A program made the position numbers and the translations under genes. The notes beneath the pieces were generated by a model. It was not told where the DNA came from, ran no database searches, and saw only the letters and a list, made by a program, of their open reading frames with translations. Below are positions 39,364-49,771 of a stretch of 64,000 nucleotides of DNA, piece after piece (position 1 is the stretch's first letter; the number at the start of each line of letters is the position of its first letter). The DNA is from a bacterium (lineage in GTDB: Bacteria; Bacteroidota; Ignavibacteria; Kapaibacteriales; UBA7675): NCBI GenBank assembly GCA_030430495.1, contig JAUIKM010000009.1, positions 6,250 through 70,249 on the forward strand. Direction: 5' to 3'.

Positions 39364-41329
39364 TGTTTCTACGGAAAAAATATTTTACAAAAATTTCAAA
39401 ATCCAGCGCCAGTGAGTAATGGCGCAAATAATAGTCATTTAAACTGCGTAAAGCCTGGATGGATATCTTTTCGGCTTTGTTGATGTGAGCCAGGCCCGTT
39501 AATCCGATTTTGCCGATTTTTGACTCTGAATCGCCTTCCAGGGGATAAATGCCGAATAGGCTGTAGTCACCTTTGAGGACCAGTACCAGCTTGTGCCTCG
39601 CGACCTTTGGATCAGCAGACGCCAAATATACGATAGGCAACCCAATTGTCAAAAGAAAAAGCGAGCCGCAAATGTCGATCAAACGCTTGGCCAGACGATT
39701 ACCCGGACGCGTAATTTTATACTGCGCCGCCGCCGGCGCCACGCCGGTCAGACTCTCGATTATTCGCGAGGTTATAACTTCGTCGTAACTGTGCGCAAAA
39801 CGCCAGTGGCGCGCATGCCCCGCCAGCTCCGTCATGTTCCGCAGCATCTCCGTGCGCGAAAGCTCGCCGTCCGTCACGATCAACTCGTCGATTCCGTGGT
39901 CGCGCACGATTTTGTTCAGGTAGCTGATGTTCCCGAGCACCGGGTCCGCCCAGGACGGCAGCGCTGCGCCCGGCTGTGTGTTGACGAAACCCACCAGGTC
40001 CGTGTTGCGCGCCTCGGCCGTCTGCAGGTCCGTCATCAACTGGCGCGAGACGTCGTTCACGCCCACAATCGCGATGCGCTTGTCCGCGTCGCGCCCCAGC
40101 AATTTCTCAAAAACGGAAATCGCCAGGCGCAGCGCGCCAAGACCAACAAAACTCAGCCCCAGGAACATCAGGAGCACGCCGCGGGAAATGGCGTAGTCTT
40201 CCACGAAGTACGGCACCGTCGAGAGCAGGAAAAACGAAATCATCAGCGCCGTCACCAGATTCCGGATCGACGAGCGTTGGTATATCGAGTACTCGCCCGC
40301 ATACAACAGCGAGACAAGCAAAAAACCGGCCGGAATCAACGGAATCTCCGGGTAGGCATAGGCCGGAAAACCCAGGAACGAACCAGTGCGAATCTTGATC
40401 CCCATCATCAGCGCCGCATTCGCCAGCGCAAAGTCCGCCAGCGCCAGACCCCACTGCGCCCGGTACTGCCAGATGTAGGCGATAAATGAACGCACCGTGA
40501 TGCCCAGTCGCAAAAACAACAGGAAAAGTTTGCTCGCCCCGAAGTGTTTGTTAACAAACACCTCCATCGCCCGGTAAAATTCGCGTACCTCGTTCAGCGA
40601 GGAACGCCGCGTGCTCTCGCCCTTGAAGTGAATGACGGAGGTCGAATGCACGTAGACAATCTGCCAGCCGGCGCGCCCCACGCGATAACACAGGTCCAGA
40701 TCCTCGCCGTACATGTAGTAGTCCGGGTCGAATCCGCCCGTCTGCTCCAGCGCCTCGCGCCGCATAAACATGAATGCTCCCGCCACCGCATCCACCGGAT
40801 AGGTCTCGTTCACATCGCGAAAAGTCTGGTTGTACTGTCCAAAAAGCCTGGAGTTGGGAAAGAGTGATTGCAGGCCGAAAATTTTGGTGAATGACACCCA
40901 GGGCGTCGGAAAGCCGCGGCGGCAGGGCAGCTGGAAACTGCCGTCGTGGTTGAGCAGCTTGCAGCCGCTCAGGCCCACCTGCGGATGGCGGCGCATGTAG
41001 TCCACCATGTGGTCCATCGTGTCTTCGCTCACCAGCGTGTCGGGATTCAGACACAACACAAACGCGCCGCGGCAGCGCTCAAAACCAATATTGTTGGCCT
41101 TGCCGAACCCCAGGTTCTCCGTCTGCCGGATGAACTCCACCTCCGGAAAGAGCGGCGCAAGGTAATCCACGGAGCCGTCCTGAGAGTTGTTGTCCACGAC
41201 GATGACCTGTCCTTCCAACGTGGCAAATGCATCGCGCAGCGACTGCAGGCAGTTGTACAGGAAGTCCTTGACGTTGTAGTTGACAATTACAACGCTGACG
41301 TCGGGCTGTTTGGCTTCACGTGAAATCAA
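39350..41329 (-). CDS. Fusion protein: N-terminal GT2 glycosyltransferase plus a WbaP-like multi-TM/Rossmann linker region and a C-terminal sugar-transferase-like domain.
   Basis: N-terminus [14 protein letters not shown]...[10 protein letters not shown]...[11 protein letters not shown] (GT2 DxD and QxxRW-type region). The middle has 4-5 TM helices and [15 protein letters not shown]...ELIVTDG (WbaP-like). The C-terminal approximately 120 aa is divergent and has no clean PGITG motif. The 3' end overlaps accA by 14 nt. Confidence 0.6.
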   Translation of the reverse strand: MISREAKQPDVSVVIVNYNVKDFLYNCLQSLRDAFATLEGQVIVVDNNSQDGSVDYLAPLFPEVEFIRQTENLGFGKANNIGFERCRGAFVLCLNPDTLVSEDTMDHMVDYMRRHPQVGLSGCKLLNHDGSFQLPCRRGFPTPWVSFTKIFGLQSLFPNSRLFGQYNQTFRDVNETYPVDAVAGAFMFMRREALEQTGGFDPDYYMYGEDLDLCYRVGRAGWQIVYVHSTSVIHFKGESTRRSSLNEVREFYRAMEVFVNKHFGASKLFLLFLRLGITVRSFIAYIWQYRAQWGLALADFALANAALMMGIKIRTGSFLGFPAYAYPEIPLIPAGFLLVSLLYAGEYSIYQRSSIRNLVTALMISFFLLSTVPYFVEDYAISRGVLLMFLGLSFVGLGALRLAISVFEKLLGRDADKRIAIVGVNDVSRQLMTDLQTAEARNTDLVGFVNTQPGAALPSWADPVLGNISYLNKIVRDHGIDELIVTDGELSRTEMLRNMTELAGHARHWRFAHSYDEVITSRIIESLTGVAPAAAQYKITRPGNRLAKRLIDICGSLFLLTIGLPIVYLASADPKVARHKLVLVLKGDYSLFGIYPLEGDSESKIGKIGLTGLAHINKAEKISIQALRSLNDYYLRHYSLALDFEIFVKYFFRRNSGVG

Positions 41330-41544
41330 TCTGCGGCAACCTCTCGTTTAACAAAGGCGCTTCTGCGCGGCGCCGCTAATTTACGAACGAAATCTCTCAC
41401 CGCACGCCTGCGGCACGCCTCGCTGCGCTCCATCGTTCCCACCGACCGCCAATTGCGGATCCGCTTAGCCGAAAAATAGCTAGATTGCAATTCTACGTGG
41501 CTGCTTGTGAACCTTGGAATGTTGTTGTCTTCCAGCCCCCGCGC

Positions 41545-42303
41545 ATGAAAATTTCGATTATTACCGTTGTGTACAACGGCGCTCAGACCATTGCCGATAC
41601 CATCAGGTCCGTTCAGGCCCAGAATTACGACGACATAGAATACATCGTCATTGACGGCGGCTCGACGGACGGCACCCAGGATGTCGTCCGCTCATTCGGC
41701 AGCGCTGTCGACACTTTCATCTCCGAGCCCGACAAAGGCATTTACGACGCCATGAACAAGGGCCTGCGCCTGGCCGGCGGCGAGTTGGTGAGCATTCTCA
41801 ATTCCGACGATTTTTATGCATCTCCCGACGTTCTGCGCACGGTGGCCGAGGCTTTTTCCGGCAATGACGTCGACGCGGTCTACGGCGACCTTGTTTACGT
41901 CGATGCGGACGACCCCGACAAAGTCGTGCGTTTCTGGCGTTCGCGCAGCATGTACCCGCGTTTTTTCGAGGACGGCAACGTCCCTCCCCACCCCAGTCTT
42001 TTTGTTCGCCGCTGCGTCTATGAGGACATCGGACTGTTCGACCCTTCCATGCGTCTGGCGGCCGACCACGAATTCATGCTGCGTCTGTTCCGCATTCACC
42101 GTCGCAAAGGCCTCTACATTCCGCGGATTTTTGTGCGTATGCGCCTGGGCGGCGCGTCCAACCCCAGCCTGTTAAACATGTTGCGCTCCAATCGCGAGAT
42201 CGCCGGGGCCTGGAAAAAAAACGGACTGACCATTCCGACGCGAGCGCTGATCTTGCGCATGTGGTTGCGCATTCGCCAGTACATTCAGCGCCCCGATCAG
42301 TGA
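41545..42303 (+). CDS. GT2 family glycosyltransferase.
   Basis: MKISIITVVYNGAQTIADTIRSVQAQNYDDIEYIVIDGGSTDGT, with a DxD-type LNSDD motif. Start at the internal ATG at 41545. Confidence 0.8.
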   Translation: MKISIITVVYNGAQTIADTIRSVQAQNYDDIEYIVIDGGSTDGTQDVVRSFGSAVDTFISEPDKGIYDAMNKGLRLAGGELVSILNSDDFYASPDVLRTVAEAFSGNDVDAVYGDLVYVDADDPDKVVRFWRSRSMYPRFFEDGNVPPHPSLFVRRCVYEDIGLFDPSMRLAADHEFMLRLFRIHRRKGLYIPRIFVRMRLGGASNPSLLNMLRSNREIAGAWKKNGLTIPTRALILRMWLRIRQYIQRPDQ

Positions 42304-43466
42304 TGTGCGTTCGTCACGCGGCGGTACACCTCGTAAATCTTGCCTGCTATAACTTCATTTGTGTAGTGCGTTTCCACTCTTTTTGCGCCGGCTTCGCCCA
42401 GAGCAAGCCTTTTTTGTTCGTCATCGAGCAATTCGGTCACGCGGCCGGCCAGTTGGTCCGCATCCCCTTCGTGAAAAACCAGACCGCCTTCGCCGATGAC
42501 GTTCGGAATTTCGCCCGAGTCCGAGCCGATCGCCGGCACGCCGCAGGCCATCGCTTCAATCAAAACACGCCCGAACTGTTCTTTCCAGACATCCGTCGTA
42601 AGCGAGGGCAGCACCAGCATGTCGATGGCGTTGAAATACTGCACCACGTCCGCCGCCGGCACCGACTGCACCCAGCGAATGCGCGATGCAATGCCCAGTT
42701 TGCCTGCCAGCGCCTGAAATCTCTCTTTGTCCGGCCCCGAGCCGAGAAAAAGCATCGTCCAGTCGTCGCGGTCGGCGATACGCTGCAGCGCCTGCAGCAG
42801 ACTGTCGATGCCCTTCATTCTTAACATGCGGCCCACGTAGCCGATCACCTTGCCGCGCAACGCGTGTTTTTCCTTCAACGCCGGATTGGCCGGCCGTCGC
42901 CCGAAGCGCTGCGGGTCAACGCCGTACTGCGGAATCAGCGCCTGCGGCGCGGTGCAGCCCTTGTCGCTGAAAATCTCCAGCGCTTCCCCGTTGCCGCCGA
43001 TCAAAAAGTCCAGCTTTTTAAGCACAAATCGCTCCACGCGCGGCTGAATGTAGCGCTGCGGTTTGAGCGGGGAAAATGTGCCGTAGTCGTACACCAGATT
43101 CTGCCAGGTGAACAGGACAATGCGCGCCCGCGGCGCCTGGCGCCGCGCCGCCCGGATTATCTGCCGCGTCACCAGACTGGACGGCTCTTCTTCAATGTGT
43201 ATAATGTCCGGCTGCGTCATCGCAATCACGCCCGGCAGGCCGATAAACAGGTACATGTTCTGCCGTCCATAGCGCCCTGCCAGCGTCGGTCGTTTTATCA
43301 CCCTGTACTCGCCGCCGCCCTCCCAGGCTTCGACCAGACGCGTGCCTTCGCGGTACACCGCGGGCAGTAAAACGCTCAGATTGACGTCGGGTCGACGGCC
43401 CAGGTAGCGCAGTTTGTCCTGGTACACGTCGACGACGGAAGAATGTGAAATGAATAAAACATTCAT
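42297..43466 (-). CDS. GT4 (group 1) glycosyltransferase.
   Basis: C-terminal GT-B motif LVLPSLTTDVWKEQFGRVLIEAMACGVPAIGSDSGEIPNVI, with the EX7E-type region. Confidence 0.8.
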   Translation of the reverse strand: MNVLFISHSSVVDVYQDKLRYLGRRPDVNLSVLLPAVYREGTRLVEAWEGGGEYRVIKRPTLAGRYGRQNMYLFIGLPGVIAMTQPDIIHIEEEPSSLVTRQIIRAARRQAPRARIVLFTWQNLVYDYGTFSPLKPQRYIQPRVERFVLKKLDFLIGGNGEALEIFSDKGCTAPQALIPQYGVDPQRFGRRPANPALKEKHALRGKVIGYVGRMLRMKGIDSLLQALQRIADRDDWTMLFLGSGPDKERFQALAGKLGIASRIRWVQSVPAADVVQYFNAIDMLVLPSLTTDVWKEQFGRVLIEAMACGVPAIGSDSGEIPNVIGEGGLVFHEGDADQLAGRVTELLDDEQKRLALGEAGAKRVETHYTNEVIAGKIYEVYRRVTNAHH

Positions 43467-43588
43467 TGCGGCAGGAATCCCGGTATTTTTTTCACCCTTT
43501 GCAGGCGCGCAAACTTACGTAAATTGCCCCTGACGGCAAATCCTGCACGCCGGGTGCAAGACCCGTGAGCACTCTCCGATAGAGCACT

Positions 43589-44713
43589 ATGAATATCAGC
43601 GTCAATACACGTTTGTTAATGCCTGGAAGGCTCGAAGGAATCGGCTGGTTTACCTTCGAAATTTTCCGCCGCCTGGCCGCGCGCCATCCCGAGCACTCCT
43701 TCCACTATTTATTTGATCGTCCCTTTGCCGACGAATTTTTAACATCCGACAACATCGTGCCGCACGTTCTGCCGGTGCAGGCGCGCCACCCCGTCCTGTG
43801 GCACATCTGGCACGAGTGGCTGCTGCCGCGCCACTTAAACAAGATCAAACCCGATATTTTCATCGCGACCGACGGACTGTTTACGCGGCGCGGCGCGGGC
43901 AAAGCCGTCAGCGTTATCCACGATCTCAATTTTGAGCATCACCCCGAAGTGCTGCCGCCGCTGGTGGCGCGCTACTACCGCCGCAACATTCCCGACTACG
44001 CGCGCCGTTCAACGCGGCTGGCCGCAGTGTCCGCTTTTACCAAAGAAGATGTTAAACAGACCTACGGCTTTGCCGACGAACAGATCGACGTGGTGTACAA
44101 CGGCGTGCGCAGCGAGTTCAGGCCCATGGACGAAGTTAAACAGACAGAAGTCAGACAAAGAGTCAGCGGCGGCGCGCCCTACTTCGTCTACGTCGGCAGC
44201 ATTCATCCGCGCAAGAACATCGCGCGCCTGTTGAAGGCCTATGATCGTTTTCGCGAAGCCGCGCCGTCCAACATCAAACTCGTACTGGCCGGCGCACGCA
44301 TGTGGAACGATCCCGACATCGAAGCCGCCTACAAGACAATGAAATTTCGCGACGACGTGATCCTGACCGGACGCATCAGCAGCGCCGAACTCTGCGACAT
44401 TCTCGCCGCCGCGCTGGCGCTGACCTACGTCTCGCTCTTTGAAGGATTCGGCATTCCGATCGTCGAAGCATTTGCCTCCGACGTACCGGTGCTCACGTCG
44501 GATTGTACCTCGATGCCGGAAGTCGCCGGCGACGCCGCCGTGCTGGTAAACCCCGAGTCCGTCGACGCAATCGCACAGGGCATGCGGCAGCTGGCGGCTT
44601 CGGCGGACGTGCGCGCGCGCCTGATTGCCGCCGGCCGCGCTCGCGCGCAACACTTCAGTTGGGAACATTCGGCCGACTCCATGTGGCGCTGCATCGAACG
44701 CGCCCTCGGCTGA
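43589..44713 (+). CDS. GT4 (group 1) glycosyltransferase.
   Basis: YVSLFEGFGIPIVEAFASDVPVLTSDCTSMPEVAGDAAVLVNP, the canonical GT4 C-terminal domain. Confidence 0.8.
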   Translation: MNISVNTRLLMPGRLEGIGWFTFEIFRRLAARHPEHSFHYLFDRPFADEFLTSDNIVPHVLPVQARHPVLWHIWHEWLLPRHLNKIKPDIFIATDGLFTRRGAGKAVSVIHDLNFEHHPEVLPPLVARYYRRNIPDYARRSTRLAAVSAFTKEDVKQTYGFADEQIDVVYNGVRSEFRPMDEVKQTEVRQRVSGGAPYFVYVGSIHPRKNIARLLKAYDRFREAAPSNIKLVLAGARMWNDPDIEAAYKTMKFRDDVILTGRISSAELCDILAAALALTYVSLFEGFGIPIVEAFASDVPVLTSDCTSMPEVAGDAAVLVNPESVDAIAQGMRQLAASADVRARLIAAGRARAQHFSWEHSADSMWRCIERALG

Positions 44714-44757
44714 TTTCCGCGGCAAGCAGATATTCTCACGATTCTTTGCCTCCGAAC

Positions 44758-44795
44758 GCTGCGGCGCAGCGGCGCAGCGGCGCAGCGGCGCAGCG
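44758..44795. repeat. Octanucleotide tandem repeat (GCGCAGCG) x about 4.5 in the 5' region of the downstream membrane glycosyltransferase gene.
   Basis: GCTGCGGCGCAGCGGCGCAGCGGCGCAGCGGCGCAGCGG, read directly, 30-70 bp upstream of the ATG at 44827. Confidence 0.8.
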
Positions 44796-44826
44796 GTTTT
44801 GGCCAGGCATTAAACACGTACTCACT

Positions 44827-46161
44827 ATGGTTTCATCCTTTCTTTCCGATCTCCTGCAGCGCTTCAACGGGCTCGATACGCGCCGCGTGCTGACGGCCTG
44901 TTTTATGCTGGCGCTCACGCTGCGACTGCTGCTGATTGCCACGGCCGCGCCGCTGGACGGCAGCGGTCAGTTTGAACACGGCGAAATTGCGCGCAACCTG
45001 GTCCACGGCCACGGTTTTGCGATGCATTGGCCCTACGAACCCATCGACCCGCAGCGTCAGGCGCTCAAAAACGCACCGCCGACGCACGAGACGGCCTTTC
45101 TGCCGCCGCTCAACCCCTGGCTGCTGGCCGGGACATTTACCCTGCTGGGCGACGGACCCGCCGCCAACCTCGCGGTCCTGTTGTTCTATGCGCTGGTTTC
45201 CTGCTGCCAGGTCCTGTTGGCCTACGGCATCTGTCGTTATTTCACGTCCGAATCCACGGCGCGCCTGGCGGCCCTGATGGCGGCCGTATTTGTTCCGGCG
45301 GCAACGGCGGTGGCCTCGTTCAGCGGTTCGGCGCTGTACCAGACGCTGGCGCTGACGGTGCTGTGGCTCTGCCTGCGACTCAACCGGCGCGCGGATCTGT
45401 CCACGGCTCTGCTCGCCGGCCTGGCGTTGGGGCTGCTCATCCTGCTGCGCGCCGAGTTTATCGCCTTCGGACCGGTTCTGCTGCTGATCGCTTTGTGGCC
45501 GCGGCTGCGCACGCAGCGGATACTCGTTGTCAAACTTCTGGCTGTCGCGGCGCTTCCGGTTCTTGTGCTCGTGGGCCCCTGGCTGCTGCGCAACTATCAA
45601 CTCTTCAACAAACCCGTCGGCATGTCCAGCCACCCCTGGAATGAAATCTGGCGCGGCACCAACCCGCACGCCTCCGGCAGTTCCTACGACGCCGCAGGCA
45701 ACTCCGTCTGGGTTGGTCACGGTCCCTGGACCGACATCGCCGCACGCCTGGATTCGCTGCCGTATAACGCGCGTTTTGAGCCGGCCGCCGACAGCCTGCA
45801 ACGCGAAATTGTGCTTGACTTTATCAGTCGCGAACCCGCGCACGCCGCACGCCTCTTTGCCGCAAAATTCGCCATGATCTGGACCTTCGACTGGTACGCG
45901 CCCAAAGCGCGCAATCCCGTTTACCTGCTCTTTTCCTTTGCGATGATTCTACTGTTTATTGTCGGCATGAATGTGCTGCGCCGCAACCGGCAGTGGTTGC
46001 CCTTTCTGGTTTTCCTGGCTTTTGTGCTGGCATACACAGCGCTGTTTACTCTCACGCACGTGGAACCGCGCTATCGCATTTACATGATGAGCTGCATGAC
46101 GCCTGTCGCCGCAGTGGGACTAAACACCCTTCTGGCGCGTTTAACACAGGCCAAACCCTGA
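44827..46161 (+). CDS. Polytopic membrane protein, putative GT-C fold glycosyltransferase (ArnT/PMT, COG1807-like). Tentative.
   Basis: 444 aa with 10 or more TM helices. The first extracytoplasmic loop carries LDGSGQFEHGEIARNLVHGHGF, an acidic D/E-containing loop at the position of the GT-C DE motif. The track ORF (from 44503) overlaps the upstream GT4 gene and is R-rich and non-protein-like before MVSSF. Confidence 0.5.
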   Translation: MVSSFLSDLLQRFNGLDTRRVLTACFMLALTLRLLLIATAAPLDGSGQFEHGEIARNLVHGHGFAMHWPYEPIDPQRQALKNAPPTHETAFLPPLNPWLLAGTFTLLGDGPAANLAVLLFYALVSCCQVLLAYGICRYFTSESTARLAALMAAVFVPAATAVASFSGSALYQTLALTVLWLCLRLNRRADLSTALLAGLALGLLILLRAEFIAFGPVLLLIALWPRLRTQRILVVKLLAVAALPVLVLVGPWLLRNYQLFNKPVGMSSHPWNEIWRGTNPHASGSSYDAAGNSVWVGHGPWTDIAARLDSLPYNARFEPAADSLQREIVLDFISREPAHAARLFAAKFAMIWTFDWYAPKARNPVYLLFSFAMILLFIVGMNVLRRNRQWLPFLVFLAFVLAYTALFTLTHVEPRYRIYMMSCMTPVAAVGLNTLLARLTQAKP

Positions 46162-46171
46162 CATGACCTTC

Positions 46172-46218
46172 TTGTTTGTCGCGCAGCTGAAAGTGTTAAA
46201 CACAGCGACAAACAAAAG
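46172..46218. repeat. Hairpin of the TTGTTTGTC/GACAAACAA family: 11-bp stem, 22-nt loop.
   Basis: CTTGTTTGTCGC-gcagctgaaagtgttaaacaca-GCGACAAACAAG. It lies 11 bp after the stop of the 44827..46161 gene, so it is possibly a terminator. Confidence 0.55.
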
Positions 46219-46852
46219 CGGCTTTAAAGCAGGAATCAGTGCGACGTTGTTCCGGCGACGGGCACGAAGCCGGAAATGTATCCGCCGGCCATTCCAGGGC
46301 AAAGACAGGCAGTGCGCGCACAACAGACGACAAAAAGGGGACGGATTTTTGACCAGCATTTTGCTTGCGCAACAAACAGCGGCGTTGTATGTTTGAGGCA
46401 CAAAACTTTTGCGAACAGAAAAAGCGCCAATGAAATCTGTTTCTACGAATTGTGTCTTCCGACTTCTCAGACTTCCAACTAATACAGTTGCTTAACGACC
46501 CACTTTACCATTTCTGACAACAGGCTTCTTCCGATAGTCCGACCGCCCTGCCCCGGCGGTTCCCGGTCTGTCCGGTCGTGGTTAACAACGCGATCGCAGC
46601 CGAAGCCATCCACTTGCCAATCAATTCAAAACGCCGCTGCTGGTGAGCAACGGCATTGACACTGCTGTTAACAATTCCCAGAACGCACGGCCGCCGGCTG
46701 CGCGATGAGACGGTGTTGTTGATACGGCATTCCGTGTCCACCGAGAAAAATGGGGCCGGGTCGGCATACTTTAATTAACTGTTAGAGTGCGCGTTTCCAT
46801 TGCCGACTCCGGCCTCATGTTTAATGAGCCGCGAGAACCCAAAAAGTTGAAT

Positions 46853-48070
46853 TCACCGCTCAGAATTATCGGCCCGACCGGCCGCTTCCCGCAGAAATCG
46901 TTCAAACTCCTGCGTCAGCGTTTCCCACGAATACTTCTGCACGGCCGTAGTGCGTGCCGCCCGCTCCAGCGACTGTTTAAACGCCGCATCTTCCAGCAGG
47001 CGGGCAACCGACTTAACAAATTCCTCCGGATTTTCGGCGATCAACAGGTCGCGTCCGTCGCGGTAGTCAATCCCCTCGGCGCCCACGGCCGTGGAGACAA
47101 TCGCCTTGTGCGCCGCCATGGCTTCCACGACTTTAACGCGCATGCCGCCGCCGATGCGCAGGGGCACCAGCAGAATATCATACGAATGCAGGAAATTCGG
47201 TGCGGACGGCACATTCGCATGCACATGCACGTCGGGCCGATTGTTAAACGCCAGAATGTCCGGCTCCGGATTTTTACCGCCGATATGCAGCTCCAGGTCC
47301 GGGAATTTCAACTTGAGCGCCGGCCAGATGTCGCGCATCAGCCAGTGCACCGCATCGGCATTGGGCGCCCAGTCAAACGATCCAAAGTAGAGCAGCGAAC
47401 GCGGCACGGCCCGCACTTCCGGCGTTTTGTTAAACGCTTCGATGTCCACGCCAAGCGCCACCGGACGCAGCAAAGTGGAACAGCCCAGCGCGCGAATTCT
47501 CTCGGCGTCCTGCTCCGTCATCGGCGCAATGCCGTCGCACAGCCCGTACATTTCGCGCTCCATGGCGCGCGTGCCGTTGATGTTGAAGCTCAGGTACCAG
47601 GACAGCAGACGCGACTCGCTGCCGCGGGCCATGCGCGTCAACAGCGCGTATTCCACATTGTGATTGCGGTGCACGATCGGCACGGCGCTGACGGCGCGAA
47701 TGTCCGGCACGTAGAGCACCATCGGCGTCTGGTCCGGCACGATGACGTCAAACTCTTCCTGCGTGAGAATTGCGCGCAGACGCGCGGCCATTTCCCTGGA
47801 ATAAAAGCGGCGGTATTTATACGGCGGGCGGCTGAACAGGTGCAGCATCGCGGCCGGACGGCTCGGCGTTGTATCGACGTCGACCGCTTCTACGCGGTCG
47901 CAGACCTCGGCCATTACGGAGGGGTCCTGCCTGAACTTGACCGGATTGAGCGCCAGCACCGTGATGTGATGCCCGGCGCGGCGCAGATAGCGCAGTTGCT
48001 GATAGGTAGCCACCGCTCCGCCGTCGTGCAGCGGCCAGGGAATGCGCGGCAAGAGATAAAGAATCTTCAC
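46853..48070 (-). CDS. GT4 (group 1) glycosyltransferase.
   Basis: LLYFGSFDWAPNADAVHWL...ELHIGGKNP...LLVPLRIGGGMRVKVVEAMAAHKAIVST (GT-B C-terminal domain). The probable start is the GTG at 48070 (VKILYLLPRIPWPLHDGG). The track extension (to 48376) is R-rich and non-protein-like. Confidence 0.7.
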   Translation of the reverse strand: MKILYLLPRIPWPLHDGGAVATYQQLRYLRRAGHHITVLALNPVKFRQDPSVMAEVCDRVEAVDVDTTPSRPAAMLHLFSRPPYKYRRFYSREMAARLRAILTQEEFDVIVPDQTPMVLYVPDIRAVSAVPIVHRNHNVEYALLTRMARGSESRLLSWYLSFNINGTRAMEREMYGLCDGIAPMTEQDAERIRALGCSTLLRPVALGVDIEAFNKTPEVRAVPRSLLYFGSFDWAPNADAVHWLMRDIWPALKLKFPDLELHIGGKNPEPDILAFNNRPDVHVHANVPSAPNFLHSYDILLVPLRIGGGMRVKVVEAMAAHKAIVSTAVGAEGIDYRDGRDLLIAENPEEFVKSVARLLEDAAFKQSLERAARTTAVQKYSWETLTQEFERFLREAAGRADNSER

Positions 48071-48263
48071 TGAATTTTCCGCCCAGCTGTGAACCCGACG
48101 CCGGAGCCGACGGGCGCAACAATCGATCCCGCAATTTACGAGGAATTGGCGGCATGGCCTGCGACGGCCTGCTCCGCTCCGCCCAATTTTGCTAGTTTTG
48201 CCGTCGATTGCGAGCAACAAACACAGGAATCGCGGCGCATCCGGGCGCCGCGGCGACACGGCC

Positions 48264-48875
48264 ATGAACAGACTTCTCGACTTCCGCAAACCGCTCATTC
48301 TGGCTTCGGCCTCGCCGCGCCGCCGGCAGCTCTTAAGCCAGCTCAACCTGGAATTTGAGGTGCGCGTGGCGCGCATCGACGAGGAAAAACTTGCGCGCGG
48401 CCTGCAACCGCGCGACTACGTCATGAAACTGGCACAGTCCAAAGCAGCCGCGATTGCTCGGGACGCGGGCGACGCATGGGTGATCGGCGCGGACACAATC
48501 GTCGTGCTGGACAACAACATCATCAACAAACCGGCCGACGCGGACGAAGCCTGTGCGATGCTGCGCCGCCTTTCCGGTCGCACGCATCAGGTCTACAGCG
48601 GCTTTGCCATTATCGACGCCGGCACCGGCGCGAGCCTGGCTGACTACCGCCGCACGGACGTGGAATTCCGCGAGTTGGACGAAGATGAAATACGCGACTA
48701 CGTGGCGGGCGGCTCGCCGCTGGACAAAGCCGGCGCATACGGCATCCAGGATGATTTCGGCGCAGTCTTTGTGCGCGAGGTGCGCGGCTGTTACTACAAC
48801 GTCGTCGGCCTGCCGCTGGAACTGCTGTACCGCCGTCTGCGCGAATGCCTCACTACGGGAATTACAGCCGAATGA
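48264..48875 (+). CDS. maf: Maf-family nucleoside triphosphate pyrophosphatase.
   Basis: LILASASPRRRQLL is the Maf N-terminal motif. IGADTIVVLD and GAYGIQD are present. Confidence 0.85.
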   Translation: MNRLLDFRKPLILASASPRRRQLLSQLNLEFEVRVARIDEEKLARGLQPRDYVMKLAQSKAAAIARDAGDAWVIGADTIVVLDNNIINKPADADEACAMLRRLSGRTHQVYSGFAIIDAGTGASLADYRRTDVEFRELDEDEIRDYVAGGSPLDKAGAYGIQDDFGAVFVREVRGCYYNVVGLPLELLYRRLRECLTTGITAE

Positions 48876-49771
48876 AACTGAGCATCGGGCGCACAACGCG
48901 CCTGCACGGCCAGACGGCGATCCTGCTTTCGCCCTGGATGATCACCTTCCTGGTGTTCTGGCTTTTTCCGCTCATCTACGCGTTGTACATGAGTTTCACG
49001 CGTTACCTGACGCTGCGCAACGAGGCCGAGTGGATCGGGTTCGACAACTACGTACGCATCTTCAACGACGACCTGTTCTGGACGGCGCTGGCCAATACCT
49101 CGATTTTTGTCGTCGGAACGATCCCCTTCACGACGGCGCTGGCGCTGGGCCTGGCTTTGGCGGTGCACCGCGTCAAAAAATTCCGCAATTTTTTCCGCTC
49201 GGCTTTTTTCCTGCCTTCGGTCAGCTCGCTGGTGGTGCTCTCGCTCATCTTCACCAATCTCTACGCCAAGGACGGCTACATCAATTACCTGCTGCAGATG
49301 CTGGGACTCGACTACCCCGAACGCGGCTGGCTGCTGGAACCGTCGACGGCGCTCTTTGCCGTGATGGGCATGGAGGTCTGGATTTCGGCAGGATATTACA
49401 TGGTTATTTTCCTGGCGGCGCTGCAGACGATCCCGAAGGATTACTACGAGGCGGCCGAGCTGGCGGGCGCAAACCTTTGGACACAACTGACGCGCATAAC
49501 CATTCCCCTGCTCAGACCAACCCTCTTGTTTGTCCTCGTGATCAACACGATCAAGTCGTTTCAGGTATTCGTCGAGATTTACGTGATGACAAAGGGCGGT
49601 CCATTGCACGCCACAACAACGCTGATTTACCAGGTATTTATCAACGCCTTTGAAAAAGCCGATATGATGGGTTATGCGGCGGCGCTGGCCTATGTGGTTT
49701 TCATAATAATTCTGCTGTTTTCCCTTCTACAGATCAAAATTTTGCGCATCGACCGCGGAACAGGCGAATGA
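48872..49771 (+). CDS. ABC transporter permease (MalF/UgpA-type, binding-protein-dependent). An orphan.
   Basis: EAA loop AAELAGANLWTQLTRITIPLLRP and six TM helices. Start ATGA-coupled to the maf stop. The stop overlaps the plsY start. Confidence 0.75.
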   Translation: MKLSIGRTTRLHGQTAILLSPWMITFLVFWLFPLIYALYMSFTRYLTLRNEAEWIGFDNYVRIFNDDLFWTALANTSIFVVGTIPFTTALALGLALAVHRVKKFRNFFRSAFFLPSVSSLVVLSLIFTNLYAKDGYINYLLQMLGLDYPERGWLLEPSTALFAVMGMEVWISAGYYMVIFLAALQTIPKDYYEAAELAGANLWTQLTRITIPLLRPTLLFVLVINTIKSFQVFVEIYVMTKGGPLHATTTLIYQVFINAFEKADMMGYAAALAYVVFIIILLFSLLQIKILRIDRGTGE

